64,000 nucleotides of DNA from IMG/VR virus record IMGVR_UViG_3300025162_000019, positions 10,826 to 74,825 of that record. One strand, 5' to 3'. The notes under the pieces are model-generated. The model had not been told where the DNA came from. It was given only the letters and a program-made list of their open reading frames with translations, and ran no database searches. Positions 21,314 through 31,342 of the stretch are shown piece after piece (positions within the stretch are counted from its first letter, which is position 1; each line of letters begins with the position of its first letter). A program made the translations under genes and the position numbers. The stretch comes from a virus. Its lineage: Duplodnaviria > Heunggongvirae > Uroviricota > Caudoviricetes.

Positions 21314-22020
21314 TAGCGATACCATTTATCCACTATAGTTTTTAATTCGGCTTCTTCATATATGTTGGGGATTAAATACTTATAGTTATTTTCTTTCATT
21401 GTTCTTATAGTTTCAATACCTATTTGATTTTTTAATGGGGCCTCATAGAAGAAAGACATTCTCTTAAATATCTTTAATACTATATCATTTGTCAATTCGC
21501 CAGAATCATTTTTAACTTCTATGAATAAAGGGAATTGCGACCTTAATATATCTTTGGCTTTTAATAATAGGTCATGATACTTTATAACTTCTTCATCTGG
21601 AACTTTTCTTGTTCGTGATCTAGCCCTATTTAATGATGTTTCAAGAGATGTGGTAACAAAAATCATTGCGGTATCATAACCTAATAGTTCAAGTATCTTT
21701 TGTTTTTGAATTGCGGAATCTACATGAGCCGCAGTCGTATCAATAGCTAAAGGTAAAACAGAATTGATATAATTTAGCAACTGACTTTTAGTTAATTGCT
21801 TAGACTTATCATAAAATTCCGCATAACTTGTATTATAAAACTCTATGAATTTATCAACATTAACAACTCTAGGCTCTATTGAACCTGATTTAACCTTTGA
21901 TAGAACATAACTTTTCCCACTACCTGCACCACCAGCCATAAATACTGCTTTAAAAATTCCACGATCATTTATGGATTCGATTATCATTGGGTCTTGTGCT
22001 ATATAACTGTCTAACCTCAT
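21313..22020 (-). CDS. P-loop kinase (zeta-toxin/AAA_33-like)
   Basis: AVFMAGGAGSGKS, VNVD, IDTT, R.R.R.VP. Confidence 0.7.
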   Translation of the reverse strand: MRLDSYIAQDPMIIESINDRGIFKAVFMAGGAGSGKSYVLSKVKSGSIEPRVVNVDKFIEFYNTSYAEFYDKSKQLTKSQLLNYINSVLPLAIDTTAAHVDSAIQKQKILELLGYDTAMIFVTTSLETSLNRARSRTRKVPDEEVIKYHDLLLKAKDILRSQFPLFIEVKNDSGELTNDIVLKIFKRMSFFYEAPLKNQIGIETIRTMKENNYKYLIPNIYEEAELKTIVDKWYR

Positions 22021-22071
22021 ATTATAATCCTCATATTATATTCTTCTATTATTTATTATTTATTATTCAAA

Positions 22072-22109
22072 AACAAAAATCCCTATACAAAAACTAAATG
22101 TATAGGGAT
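22072..22109 (-). terminator. Intrinsic terminator after the JAB gene
   Basis: ATCCCTATAC/GTATAGGGAT 10-bp stem followed by a U-rich tract on the minus strand. Confidence 0.7.
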
Positions 22110-22136
22110 TTCCATAAAAAGAAGATATATTACAAA

Positions 22137-22859
22137 TTATGGGATACAGTTCCAACCAGTAAGTGGCGACCATGTTTTTTGAGTTGGATATGAATATGCC
22201 GTTGAAGAAATCTTCTCATCTGCCTCTTTATCAAACTCAGCTTCATCAAACAACTTAGGAAACAATGTCTGTACTTTAACTGGTGTAATTTTTAATGCAC
22301 CACAAGGAATCTTAAATCTTACCTGACCTTTCATTTCAGTATGGGAAACAACAATAGAAAGGTTATAGTTCTTATTAATAAAATCATCATCTGTACCTGA
22401 AAAGAATGCTCCCATACCATGATGCGAATGAATAACACCAATAATAGCCATGCCATCGGGAATGTTACTGTCAATATTACTTACATTTCCAGTAGTTGCG
22501 TGTTGTTTAGGAATATACATATCTGTAACATCCATACCCGCACCAATCAAATATGCCAACCATTCTTGACTCTTAAACTTTGTCATTAGAAGGTCGATCT
22601 TTCGCCTGACCATAAGAGATAAACGAACTACAACATCTGTAGGTGCTTTATCACAGTTACAAACCATGTCTATTTTATTCTCCCAAACACCGTCATCTTC
22701 TCTTTCAAAAGCTGAACTCTGAAAACGATGTGCCTGAAATTCCATTATATCATCATTTGTAGTATCTGTTTCATCTATCATACTTAAACCATGCCTAACT
22801 GCCGCAGGCGTTATAGACATTGTTCCACTTCTTCTCATTACCCTAATCTTAGACATCAC
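22137..22859 (-). CDS. JAB/JAMM metallopeptidase (deubiquitinase-like)
   Basis: EW...IHSHHGMGAFFSGTD (E..HxH..SxxD). Confidence 0.85.
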   Translation of the reverse strand: MMSKIRVMRRSGTMSITPAAVRHGLSMIDETDTTNDDIMEFQAHRFQSSAFEREDDGVWENKIDMVCNCDKAPTDVVVRLSLMVRRKIDLLMTKFKSQEWLAYLIGAGMDVTDMYIPKQHATTGNVSNIDSNIPDGMAIIGVIHSHHGMGAFFSGTDDDFINKNYNLSIVVSHTEMKGQVRFKIPCGALKITPVKVQTLFPKLFDEAEFDKEADEKISSTAYSYPTQKTWSPLTGWNCIP

Positions 22860-22867
22860 ATTCTCCT

Positions 22868-23452
22868 TTACACTATAAACATTCTTGAAATATCAGCAGA
22901 CAGTTCTTTATCCTTAAACTTCATAACCTTAGCAACTGTCATTGCTGCTACAATACTTGCCGGAACAACCCATGATGGAATAACTGTATAACCACCAGCA
23001 GATTCACCCCATTCGCCAACACAATCAGAAACGGAAATCCTCGTCCCATCATAACCAGCTTTAACATACTTACAACCAAGACCATGTGCGATTTCCTGAT
23101 TCAAAATCTGTGCATCAATCTTATCAGTACAGTCTATTACCCATGTAGTTTTGATTGCTGTATGTTTCAAATACTTAAATGGAAAGCAGATTACAGAAGT
23201 CATTGGTCTAATATCGTTTATTACTAATCCTGTAGCATCAGCTTTGTTCATACCCAAACAACTAACAGGTAAATCAATCCTGTTTAAGTTTGATTCTTCA
23301 AGAACATCAGGATCAAACAGATATAACTTCTCAATACCAGACATTGCTAAATACTTGGCAACCCAGTAGCCCACGCCTCCACAACCGATCACACTTACCG
23401 ACATTGTATAATCTAACTCCAATGATTTTTGCCTGTCATATAACTCGTTCAC
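22868..23452 (-). CDS. ThiF/E1-like adenylating enzyme
   Basis: YDRQ, IGCGGVG, FDPD.LEESNLNR, IDCTD, GYDG. Confidence 0.9.
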   Translation of the reverse strand: MNELYDRQKSLELDYTMSVSVIGCGGVGYWVAKYLAMSGIEKLYLFDPDVLEESNLNRIDLPVSCLGMNKADATGLVINDIRPMTSVICFPFKYLKHTAIKTTWVIDCTDKIDAQILNQEIAHGLGCKYVKAGYDGTRISVSDCVGEWGESAGGYTVIPSWVVPASIVAAMTVAKVMKFKDKELSADISRMFIV

Positions 23453-23561
23453 TATAATAAATCTCCTTTCTTTTTATAAATCATTCTACCATATTTGTTT
23501 ACATTTGTCAACATTTTTTATAAATAATAACAGATATAAAAAAATATGGTGGAGTAGGTAT

Positions 23562-24341
23562 ATGGTTATTTACATGGCTAAAAACATTATCAATAATAAA
23601 CTCTATATTGGTAAAACTATAAGAGCGTTAGAAAAAAGAATACAAAGACATTTATACGATGCATTTAAGTGTAACTCACAAACTCATTTTCATAGAGCAT
23701 TAAGAAAATATGGTAACGAATCTTTTGAATGGTCTATTATTAAACAATGTGAGAATGAAAAAGAACTAAACGAAACTGAAATCTTTTATATTGATAACTT
23801 TAAATCTATTAAAAATGGTTATAATCTAACTCAAGGTGGTGATGGTTTTGCTTCTGGAATGTTAAATCATAATATACTACATCCAATGTTTGGTATCGCA
23901 AATCCCTTTTATGGTCATAAACATACAGATGAAACAAAGAAAAAAATAAGTTTATACAATAAAGGTAAAAATACAGGGCAAAATAATCCTATGTATATTC
24001 ACAATATAGATTTTTCAGGTGAAAGAAACCCCTTTTACGGAAAGAAACATTCACCTGAAACATTATCAAAACTATCTATCATTGGAAAAGAAAATACAAA
24101 AGCTCATTTTAAGTCTGGTAGTGATAATCCTATGTTCGCAAAGCATTTAACTGATGGTCATAAACAAAAACTTAGTGATGCTAGTAGTAAAACTTGGATC
24201 ATTACATTACCAAACAATACAGAAATAACATTTAGAAGTTTAAGAAAGTTTTGCCTAGAATATAACTTAGACTATTCATATGCTAAAACTTGCTCCAGAA
24301 AAAATAAACCTTATGGTGGATATACTTTTAGATTAGAATAA
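23562..24341 (+). CDS. GIY-YIG homing endonuclease with NUMOD3 repeats
   Basis: IYMAKN..KLYIGKT..R..H, GYNLT.GG, NPFYGKKH. Confidence 0.85.
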   Translation: MVIYMAKNIINNKLYIGKTIRALEKRIQRHLYDAFKCNSQTHFHRALRKYGNESFEWSIIKQCENEKELNETEIFYIDNFKSIKNGYNLTQGGDGFASGMLNHNILHPMFGIANPFYGHKHTDETKKKISLYNKGKNTGQNNPMYIHNIDFSGERNPFYGKKHSPETLSKLSIIGKENTKAHFKSGSDNPMFAKHLTDGHKQKLSDASSKTWIITLPNNTEITFRSLRKFCLEYNLDYSYAKTCSRKNKPYGGYTFRLE

Positions 24342-24349
24342 ATCCTTTC

Positions 24350-25216
24350 CTACGCGATCCAAACATCTTCATCATCAATTTTAATTTCAATGCCTTCTCT
24401 TATCATTGAAGGTTTAGCCTCTAAATCCTTATAACTTGCAGGTTGCTCATTCACAACATGAGTCCTAAGTGTATCAAACCTTGGTAGTCCTCCTGGATTT
24501 CTCTGTGCTAATGACATAGAATTAATGTTTTCCAAAACAGCTTCAGCTTCTTTTGCCAATGATATAATATCGTCTGGTGTTGAAACATTCCTCTGCCATT
24601 TCCAGTTACCCCAACAATCACTATTGTTTGTCATTTGATGATAATGATCAAACTTTGATAAATCGGTCGCCCGTTTAGTTGCAATATCTTTAACAATATT
24701 ATTTTCAGTTTTAATCATAATTACAATGTTAGTAATCAATCTTTTAGAAAATTTAGGATCAATAAGTTTTCTATCAATAAAGCGAGGATAATAAATAGCC
24801 TTATACATCCAAATAATTTCATCCTTATTTCCACCTTTAACAATAGATAAACCTTTCTGTGCATGAGATAATGTAATATTTGGCATTTTTGCAGATGCTC
24901 TTAGCTCATCAGTTAAAAGTTTTTCCTTTCTATCAAACTCTTTCTTATAAGAAGAAACCATAGTTGAAACTTCATTCATTTTTGTTTGAACAATATTTCC
25001 CAACTCGGATAGTCTTTTAACTACTCGTTCCTTATATTCATTCCTGATCTCATCTTCAACATCAAGTGTTGAATCAGAAGATAGAGAAAACTTTACCAAA
25101 CGATTTCCAATTCTTAGAGAAATACCTTCAGATGTTATTTTATCAACATCAATAGAATCGTTCAATACATTGAGCATTGAACCTTCCATTTTCTTTAATT
25201 CATCTGTAATAGCCAT
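24350..25216 (-). CDS. Putative E2/UBC-like conjugating enzyme
   Basis: FDHYH......DCWG..W....LENINSMS resembles the UBC His...Cys core; lies between Ubl and E1. Confidence 0.5.
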   Translation of the reverse strand: MAITDELKKMEGSMLNVLNDSIDVDKITSEGISLRIGNRLVKFSLSSDSTLDVEDEIRNEYKERVVKRLSELGNIVQTKMNEVSTMVSSYKKEFDRKEKLLTDELRASAKMPNITLSHAQKGLSIVKGGNKDEIIWMYKAIYYPRFIDRKLIDPKFSKRLITNIVIMIKTENNIVKDIATKRATDLSKFDHYHQMTNNSDCWGNWKWQRNVSTPDDIISLAKEAEAVLENINSMSLAQRNPGGLPRFDTLRTHVVNEQPASYKDLEAKPSMIREGIEIKIDDEDVWIA

Positions 25217-25250
25217 TATATCATTCCTTTATTGTAATTTTTAGATAATT

Positions 25251-25276
25251 AAACAAGAGCAAAATTGCTCCTGTTT
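25251..25276 (-). terminator. Hairpin after the Ubl gene
   Basis: AAACAAGAGC/GCTCCTGTTT imperfect stem. Confidence 0.5.
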
Positions 25277-25287
25277 AATTGTTTTGA

Positions 25288-25557
25288 TTAAACCAAGCCG
25301 GCTTCATCGTAAGAACGAATCTCAACCTTATCGCCAAGGCTGATACTCTCAGGTGCCATACTAGGCTTCACTTCTGTTCCATTCAAATACACACGAAACT
25401 TACCGAACCCTGCATTTAAAGACATTTCCTTAACCACATCCTTGAAAGACGAACCAACTTCAACCGGAAGTGTAGAACCATTTACGCGGACATAAGTGTT
25501 CAAATCACTTCTAACTTCTCGTTCACTAACTTCATTGCTTCCCCATACTTCTACCAT
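25288..25557 (-). CDS. Ubiquitin-like (beta-grasp, ThiS/MoaD-like) protein ending DEAG-LV
   Basis: 89 aa; VRVNG..FRVYLNG..GDKVEIRSYDEAG; own sigma70 promoter and SD. Confidence 0.7.
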   Translation of the reverse strand: MVEVWGSNEVSEREVRSDLNTYVRVNGSTLPVEVGSSFKDVVKEMSLNAGFGKFRVYLNGTEVKPSMAPESISLGDKVEIRSYDEAGLV

Positions 25558-25627
25558 AACATATTCTCCTTTTTTGATTTTTATTTATTATACCATACAT
25601 CTTTTATTTTGTCAACATCTTTTTTCA

Positions 25628-26374
25628 CTATTCTAGGTAGGACATCAAATAATATTTTTCAGTTTCACTAACATTATGAATATAAATCATGCCAAGCTTC
25701 TTATCACTTAAATAAGCTAAATTAAATACAAAATCATCTACATCACCGTTCAATACTGCCAGAAGATTTGATATATCCTTAAAATCAAAACATAAAGATA
25801 AGTCTATACTATCAACACTCTGTATATTAAACGATATACCATTAGACAATCTATTTAATTTATCTGTTGATTCAAGTAGCAAAACAGAATCTTTTACTGA
25901 AAAATATACCTTACCAAACTTCATACCAATTTTTTTAATCTTATTAAAATACGAGCTAAATTCTGTATTAAAAGGTATCTGAACAAAATACTCTATACCT
26001 GCCCTCGGTGCTGTTAATCCAAAAATACTTACTACTGTAGATGAACAAAAGAATACACTAGATTTTTGCGAACCATTTTTAAAAGTGAGTTTTTCATCAT
26101 CTACTATCAAAATAGTTTCATCATCATCAATAAGATTGAGAAATGGTAAAAGATTTTGATTAGGCTCAATAAAATTGAATTTATACTCTGTAGCAACTGG
26201 AACATCCTTAAATATATCATTATCAATTTCTAATAATATAACATACTTACCTTGAGGTGCTGCCATTCTACTACAAACTCTTTCTTTTGTCAATATAATT
26301 TGTAAAGATTCTAAAGAATAATTTAATGTAGCTTTCTTTATATATGTCTTTAATCTTTCAACATCAACTCTCAT
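25628..26374 (-). CDS. 45: Sliding clamp (gp45/PCNA-like)
   Basis: 248 aa, beta-rich two-domain pattern, upstream of clamp-loader genes. Confidence 0.6.
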   Translation of the reverse strand: MRVDVERLKTYIKKATLNYSLESLQIILTKERVCSRMAAPQGKYVILLEIDNDIFKDVPVATEYKFNFIEPNQNLLPFLNLIDDDETILIVDDEKLTFKNGSQKSSVFFCSSTVVSIFGLTAPRAGIEYFVQIPFNTEFSSYFNKIKKIGMKFGKVYFSVKDSVLLLESTDKLNRLSNGISFNIQSVDSIDLSLCFDFKDISNLLAVLNGDVDDFVFNLAYLSDKKLGMIYIHNVSETEKYYLMSYLE

Positions 26375-26458
26375 TTATCCACCTTATTAAACATCTTTAT
26401 TGTTAAACATATAATACCATACTTTGAAATAAAAGTAAAGTCTTTTTTATAATTTATT

Positions 26459-26857
26459 TTACCTTATACGTTGAGTAATATCATATACATCAGTAACCTT
26501 TATAGTCTTTCTTAAAGTAGGATCATATTTTTCTGTTTGAATCATAAAACTTTTTAATATAATTGCTTCCTGAATTTTCTTCTCAACTAAGTATGATGAA
26601 ATGTTAAACCCTAATGCCACACCCAATGACACAAATATCACAACCCAAAATAGTTTAATCTGTATCTTATTCCAAAATCTTACTACACATCTTTCAAATA
26701 TTTCTTCTATACCCTCAAAAAAGGAAATTGTTCCATTTTTAATTTTTATACCAAGTGTCTTTTTTTCAGGTGGTGTTTCGGTAGTAGGCATATTATTTTC
26801 CTCCAATTCGACATCATCTGTATTTTTAAATATATCAACTTCATTTTCTATCAACAT
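26459..26857 (-). CDS. Hypothetical membrane protein
   Basis: One hydrophobic segment. Confidence 0.55.
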   Translation of the reverse strand: MLIENEVDIFKNTDDVELEENNMPTTETPPEKKTLGIKIKNGTISFFEGIEEIFERCVVRFWNKIQIKLFWVVIFVSLGVALGFNISSYLVEKKIQEAIILKSFMIQTEKYDPTLRKTIKVTDVYDITQRIR

Positions 26858-26868
26858 TTTTATACTCC

Positions 26869-27372
26869 TTAAACATATCTTTTTAGTTGTTTATATATCT
26901 TTAAAGTTTCCATTGCATATTTTCTTGCTTCGGGATTTCTACCACCCTTATACAACATCATCGCATTTTCATAGTTATTGTTTGTAATTCGCAACTTATC
27001 CTTAAAAATTCTAGCACCATGTAAAATATCAACGTCACTATAAATAAATGTAGCGCTTGGAGTTTGCATTAAACCTTTATAATGCTTTGGCGATTCTGCC
27101 TTATTCTTAAATCCAGATTCAGTATATATTATACAAGTGATTAAAGTTGGTGATAAGTCGGTTGCTCTGGATGCAATTGAAATTGATTTTGAAAGTTCAT
27201 CTATTTTTGTATCAGGTGCGTTTAAATATTTTAATGCTACTCGTGCTTCTTCCTGTAATATATCCCTTTGCTCTTGTCTTATTGGTATTGGTAATCCAGT
27301 AATAAAAGAATTACCCTGTTGAATAGCACAAAGTAGACTAAGTATTACAAGTATGAGTCGTAATAAATGCAT
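26869..27372 (-). CDS. SLT-family lytic transglycosylase with signal peptide
   Basis: IIYTESGF..A.S...GLMQ..YKGG. Confidence 0.8.
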   Translation of the reverse strand: MHLLRLILVILSLLCAIQQGNSFITGLPIPIRQEQRDILQEEARVALKYLNAPDTKIDELSKSISIASRATDLSPTLITCIIYTESGFKNKAESPKHYKGLMQTPSATFIYSDVDILHGARIFKDKLRITNNNYENAMMLYKGGRNPEARKYAMETLKIYKQLKRYV

Positions 27373-27408
27373 TTAATTCCTCCTTTACTATCTATCCAAT
27401 AAACAAAC

Positions 27409-27837
27409 TTATTTTTCATTTTCACCTCCCATAAAAAAAGTTTTTGCAATTAAATTTGATGATACATTTTTCTTGGATAGTATAAACTCCTTTTTATTAA
27501 AGACACTAAACATTGATAGTATCTCTTTTTTGGAAATACCGCGTTCTTCCCGTATTTTCCATATATAATCCTTTAATTTTTTATCTTCCTCTTTCTTCTT
27601 CGTCCATTTGAGAAACCTTCTACCTTTTGGTACTTTATCAAAATAATACTGATAAATTATTTCATCTGGCAAACTAAACTGATACTGGTTTATTTCATTC
27701 ACTATATCAATAAGTTGCGAATCGTGTGCCAACCACATTGAGAGCATATAACTTGGCGAGATTTTTTTATCGTATTTATATTTAGAAGTTTTATAAAAAA
27801 TCTGATTGATAAAATCAAATATGGTTACATCACTCAT
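27409..27837 (-). CDS. 62: Clamp loader small subunit (gp62-like)
   Basis: FDFIN..YMLSMWL..EINQY..VPKGRRF.KW.K; follows gp44. Confidence 0.7.
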   Translation of the reverse strand: MSDVTIFDFINQIFYKTSKYKYDKKISPSYMLSMWLAHDSQLIDIVNEINQYQFSLPDEIIYQYYFDKVPKGRRFLKWTKKKEEDKKLKDYIWKIREERGISKKEILSMFSVFNKKEFILSKKNVSSNLIAKTFFMGGENEK

Positions 27838-28724
27838 TAAATGAACCCACCCTTTAATGCTTTTACAATCATACCAATAAAATTTATTTCCTTTATAGAT
27901 ACGGAAAAATCCCTATACAGATGCTCTGATATAAGGATAATCATATCGCCAGGATTTTTAAACTCGCCCACATTTTCATACAAATAATTATATAAATCAG
28001 AATAATCAATCATAGAACTTCTAAGCTCTTTCCTGACCAACTCTATATCCTTTTCTTTAATAAATGATAAAATATTCTTATATAAATTATCAGAAGATTC
28101 AATACTTACACTCTTTATTACACCATCCACATTATTTAATTGCAATGTATTGATTATTCTTCTTATATCAGGATATAAATTTTTTATAACTTTAACCAAT
28201 GTATTCTTATCACATTTAACATTCTCGCTATCCAAAATAAACTGGCAATGCTTGTATATATCAACTGCCGGTGGATTATTTAATTCTATTACCTGGCAAC
28301 GAGATAAAAGTTCAGGGATAATTTTATGAACATAGTTACATTGAAATATAAAACGCGTTATCATCTCAACTTGCTCAATCAAATCTCTAAGCATCGCTTG
28401 ACTTTGTATAGTTAAAAAATCCGCTTCATTTAAAACAACATATTTTATTTCACTTGTTCCTAAAGCAGTAGCAAATGATTTAACTTTAGTTCTTATATTA
28501 TCAATACCTGTTTCATCAGAGCAATTTATTTTAATATAATCCACTTTTGTTTCTTTAAGAAATACATTAGTAAATGTTCCCTTTCCTACACCTGGCTTGC
28601 CAGCCAACATAAATGTAGGCATTTCATAAAATACCTTTTTAAGTTTACTTCTAACATCAGGATTTAGAATAATAGTATCAAATGTTGTGGGCGGATAACG
28701 AAAAACCCATTCTCTTGTATTCAT
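27837..28724 (-). CDS. 44: Clamp loader AAA+ subunit (gp44/RFC-like)
   Basis: WVFRYPP, GKPGVGK, INCSDE, LNEAD, LLSRC, PDIRR. Confidence 0.9.
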   Translation of the reverse strand: MNTREWVFRYPPTTFDTIILNPDVRSKLKKVFYEMPTFMLAGKPGVGKGTFTNVFLKETKVDYIKINCSDETGIDNIRTKVKSFATALGTSEIKYVVLNEADFLTIQSQAMLRDLIEQVEMITRFIFQCNYVHKIIPELLSRCQVIELNNPPAVDIYKHCQFILDSENVKCDKNTLVKVIKNLYPDIRRIINTLQLNNVDGVIKSVSIESSDNLYKNILSFIKEKDIELVRKELRSSMIDYSDLYNYLYENVGEFKNPGDMIILISEHLYRDFSVSIKEINFIGMIVKALKGGFI

Positions 28725-28776
28725 ATTTTCTCCACATTTTTTATTTCATTATAACACAAAATATACCAATTGTCAA

Positions 28777-28965
28777 CTATTTTTCATCTTCTTGGCCCTC
28801 TATCTGTGATTCAATTTCCTCTGTTAAAAGAGCCATAATATCACCAATGTTTATTTCTCTTATAAACTGAATGACGTTGCGCCTTTCTTCATATTTGCCG
28901 CAAAAATAACCAGAGACTATACCAACAATAAGAGCACTAATAATCCATATTAAAGTTATATCCAT
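28777..28965 (-). CDS. Small membrane protein
   Basis: N-terminal TM segment. Confidence 0.5.
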   Translation of the reverse strand: MDITLIWIISALIVGIVSGYFCGKYEERRNVIQFIREINIGDIMALLTEEIESQIEGQEDEK

Positions 28966-28990
28966 TTTATCATCCTATAAAATCCTTTTA

Positions 28991-29539
28991 TTATACAACT
29001 CTATATAGTTCATAATTGCTTAAATCATAAATATTACTACTTGAAATCTTCATAGCCTTAACAAATACACCAAATTCAGGATCACGCTCAATTACATCAA
29101 TTTGAAAATCTGAAAATATTATTGCCATATCCTTTACAGAATATCTCCAATAATCAAATGGGTGATCATGTTTAGGAAAACCTAATGATCTGATAGTTAT
29201 CATAATCACACCACCGACTTTTAATAGACTTTTCATGTTCCAAATAACTTTTCTCCAATCAATTATATGTTCCATCATCTCAGTACTGATAACCATATCA
29301 AAATTATTAGTGCCAAATCTATCTATTAAATCATATGCATCGCAAAGTTCATCAACACATGGCCCATTAATTATATCAACACCAATATATTTTTCTGGCT
29401 TATATCCTTTAACAAAAGAACTGAACGAACCATTAATATTATACGACCCGACTTCTAATATTGATTTACCCTTAACTTCTTCTTCTTTAATCCATCGACG
29501 CCCAAAGTCCATACATAATCCATTACACATATCAATCAA
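28991..29539 (-). CDS. Class I SAM-dependent methyltransferase
   Basis: ILEVGS, IGVD, VD..D, STEMMEH. Confidence 0.8.
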   Translation of the reverse strand: MIDMCNGLCMDFGRRWIKEEEVKGKSILEVGSYNINGSFSSFVKGYKPEKYIGVDIINGPCVDELCDAYDLIDRFGTNNFDMVISTEMMEHIIDWRKVIWNMKSLLKVGGVIMITIRSLGFPKHDHPFDYWRYSVKDMAIIFSDFQIDVIERDPEFGVFVKAMKISSSNIYDLSNYELYRVV

Positions 29540-29589
29540 CCTCTATTTTTTAATATTTTAACATATTTTGTTCTAAAAGTAAATAATTA

Positions 29590-29605
29590 TATAAATATAT
29601 TTATA
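29590..29605. promoter_or_regulatory. Back-to-back T4-type late promoters
   Basis: TATAAATA at 29590-29597 (+) and 29605-29598 (-). Confidence 0.55.
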
Positions 29606-29629
29606 CATTAAACAAAATAGGAGGCTTAT

Positions 29630-29971
29630 ATGTTTACTTGGCTAATGAATTTATCAAGTGTCATAACTTTAATGAACTTTTCAAAAAAATACTTTGGCAG
29701 AGTATGGTTCGATGTATTATCTCTATTATTAGTATTTCTAACAGCTTTTTTTCTACCTGATTGGATATTCCCTACAGATGCAAAGATGGGCTTCATTACT
29801 CTATTTCTTGTAAAATTTTTCTCTGTTAGTGCTGGTATTATCCACGCTCACATATCAAGAAAACTCATTTTCCCATATATTAAATTTTCAACTGAAGAAA
29901 CGTGGTCTAATAACTTGATGATTATAGCATGGTATGTTACCATTATATTTGCTTGGGCAAGGGGTGGTTAG
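29630..29971 (+). CDS. Putative holin
   Basis: Multiple TM segments, directly upstream of the endolysin. Confidence 0.55.
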   Translation: MFTWLMNLSSVITLMNFSKKYFGRVWFDVLSLLLVFLTAFFLPDWIFPTDAKMGFITLFLVKFFSVSAGIIHAHISRKLIFPYIKFSTEETWSNNLMIIAWYVTIIFAWARGG

Positions 29972-29973
29972 AA

Positions 29974-30579
29974 GTGAAAAAACTTTTAACAACTATTTTA
30001 CTGATAGGATGTTTACTTTTTCCTATAAATGTTTTATCATTAGATAGGTGTAATGAGTATAGACAAGATGAAAGAATACAGAATATAAAATATTTTGGTC
30101 TTGGTTTCCCTTACTGGTATAGTATAGCGCAATTGCAACAAGAAAGTTGTTGCAGAGCAAATATAACAGCATTTGATGCTGGAATGGGTATAGCACAGTT
30201 TATGCCAAAAACTGCTCAATATATTAACTCTTTAATGGGTAAAAACTTAAATCCTTATAACCCTGAAGAAGCAATAAAGATGCAAGCATTTTATATGTAC
30301 CGCATTCATATAAAAGAAAACTTTATAAAAACTAAAAACTTATGGGCAGACTATCAAATATATAATGGTGGTGGTGGAAACTTAAAGAAAGAATATATAA
30401 AAGCTGGAAATATTGCTAATTGGGAAGTAATGAAAGATGAATGTACAAGAGGTAAAGTATTACTAAAGAATGGTAAGTATTTATATTTTTGCGATGTAAA
30501 CTATAATTATTCTGTTCAAATATATAAATATGGTAAAGTATATAAAATAGGTAGTAATGGAAATTGGTATTTTTGGTAA
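29974..30579 (+). CDS. SLT-family endolysin with signal peptide
   Basis: AQLQQES..GIAQFMP.T..YNGG; GTG start. Confidence 0.8.
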   Translation: MKKLLTTILLIGCLLFPINVLSLDRCNEYRQDERIQNIKYFGLGFPYWYSIAQLQQESCCRANITAFDAGMGIAQFMPKTAQYINSLMGKNLNPYNPEEAIKMQAFYMYRIHIKENFIKTKNLWADYQIYNGGGGNLKKEYIKAGNIANWEVMKDECTRGKVLLKNGKYLYFCDVNYNYSVQIYKYGKVYKIGSNGNWYFW

Positions 30580-30591
30580 AGGAGAATCATT

Positions 30592-30993
30592 ATGAGCGTA
30601 TTAATAGATAACGTAGAAAAAACAGCAATGAGCGAAGCAGAAGATATAAAAGCAAAAATAAAACAAGCATTTAATTTTAAAGGTAAATTTATTGCATTAT
30701 TTTTAATTATACTCTTAACTGCTATAGGTTTTACATTTGGCAGATATAATCCAACAACTGATACAATTTCAAAATTTACAAACGATCTACTAAAGCAGTA
30801 TGAAACAAAATTGAAAAGTGATAAAGTTATAATAACAGGTCTAGAAAATGATTTAAAGATGGTGAACGAAAATTACACTATCTTATCAAATAAAATTAAA
30901 AATTTGAAGGTGAATTATGAAAATGTTAAAGAACCGCAAAATATCGCAGAAATCAAAGATCGTTTTACTAAGCTTGGTTTTCCTCCTATTTAA
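30592..30993 (+). CDS. Putative inner spanin-like protein
   Basis: TM segment plus coiled coil in the lysis cassette. Confidence 0.45.
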   Translation: MSVLIDNVEKTAMSEAEDIKAKIKQAFNFKGKFIALFLIILLTAIGFTFGRYNPTTDTISKFTNDLLKQYETKLKSDKVIITGLENDLKMVNENYTILSNKIKNLKVNYENVKEPQNIAEIKDRFTKLGFPPI

Positions 30994-31342
30994 TAGTGGA
31001 CTAGCTTACTCAGCAGATAATATTTGTTTTTCTGAATCAACTTCTAAAGCAATGGTTGTTGAATTGGATAAATGCCAAATATTAAAAAGTCAAATTATAT
31101 TATACGATCAAAGTAATACAGAACTTCAAAAAACAATTGATTTATTAAATGTGATAAATGCAAAAAAATCGGAAACAATAACCGATGATGAAAAAATGAT
31201 CAGTACATATAAGACAGCTCTAACCAATCAAGAAAAAGAATGTAAAGAACAAATCCAAAATGCTAAACCTACTTTTAAAGAAGAAGTAATAAAAGCTGGT
31301 ATATATAGTATTATAGGCGTTATCATTGGATTACTACTCTAA
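30917..31342 (+). CDS. Putative spanin-like/periplasmic lysis protein
   Basis: Overlaps previous gene; signal peptide, coiled coil, C-terminal TM. Confidence 0.4.
   Translation: MKMLKNRKISQKSKIVLLSLVFLLFNSGLAYSADNICFSESTSKAMVVELDKCQILKSQIILYDQSNTELQKTIDLLNVINAKKSETITDDEKMISTYKTALTNQEKECKEQIQNAKPTFKEEVIKAGIYSIIGVIIGLLL

Noticed and set aside
22137-25557. ThiF/ThiS as thiamine or molybdopterin biosynthesis
   Set aside because: No thiG/thiH/moaE neighbours are present, while JAB and an E2-like gene are; conjugation fits better.
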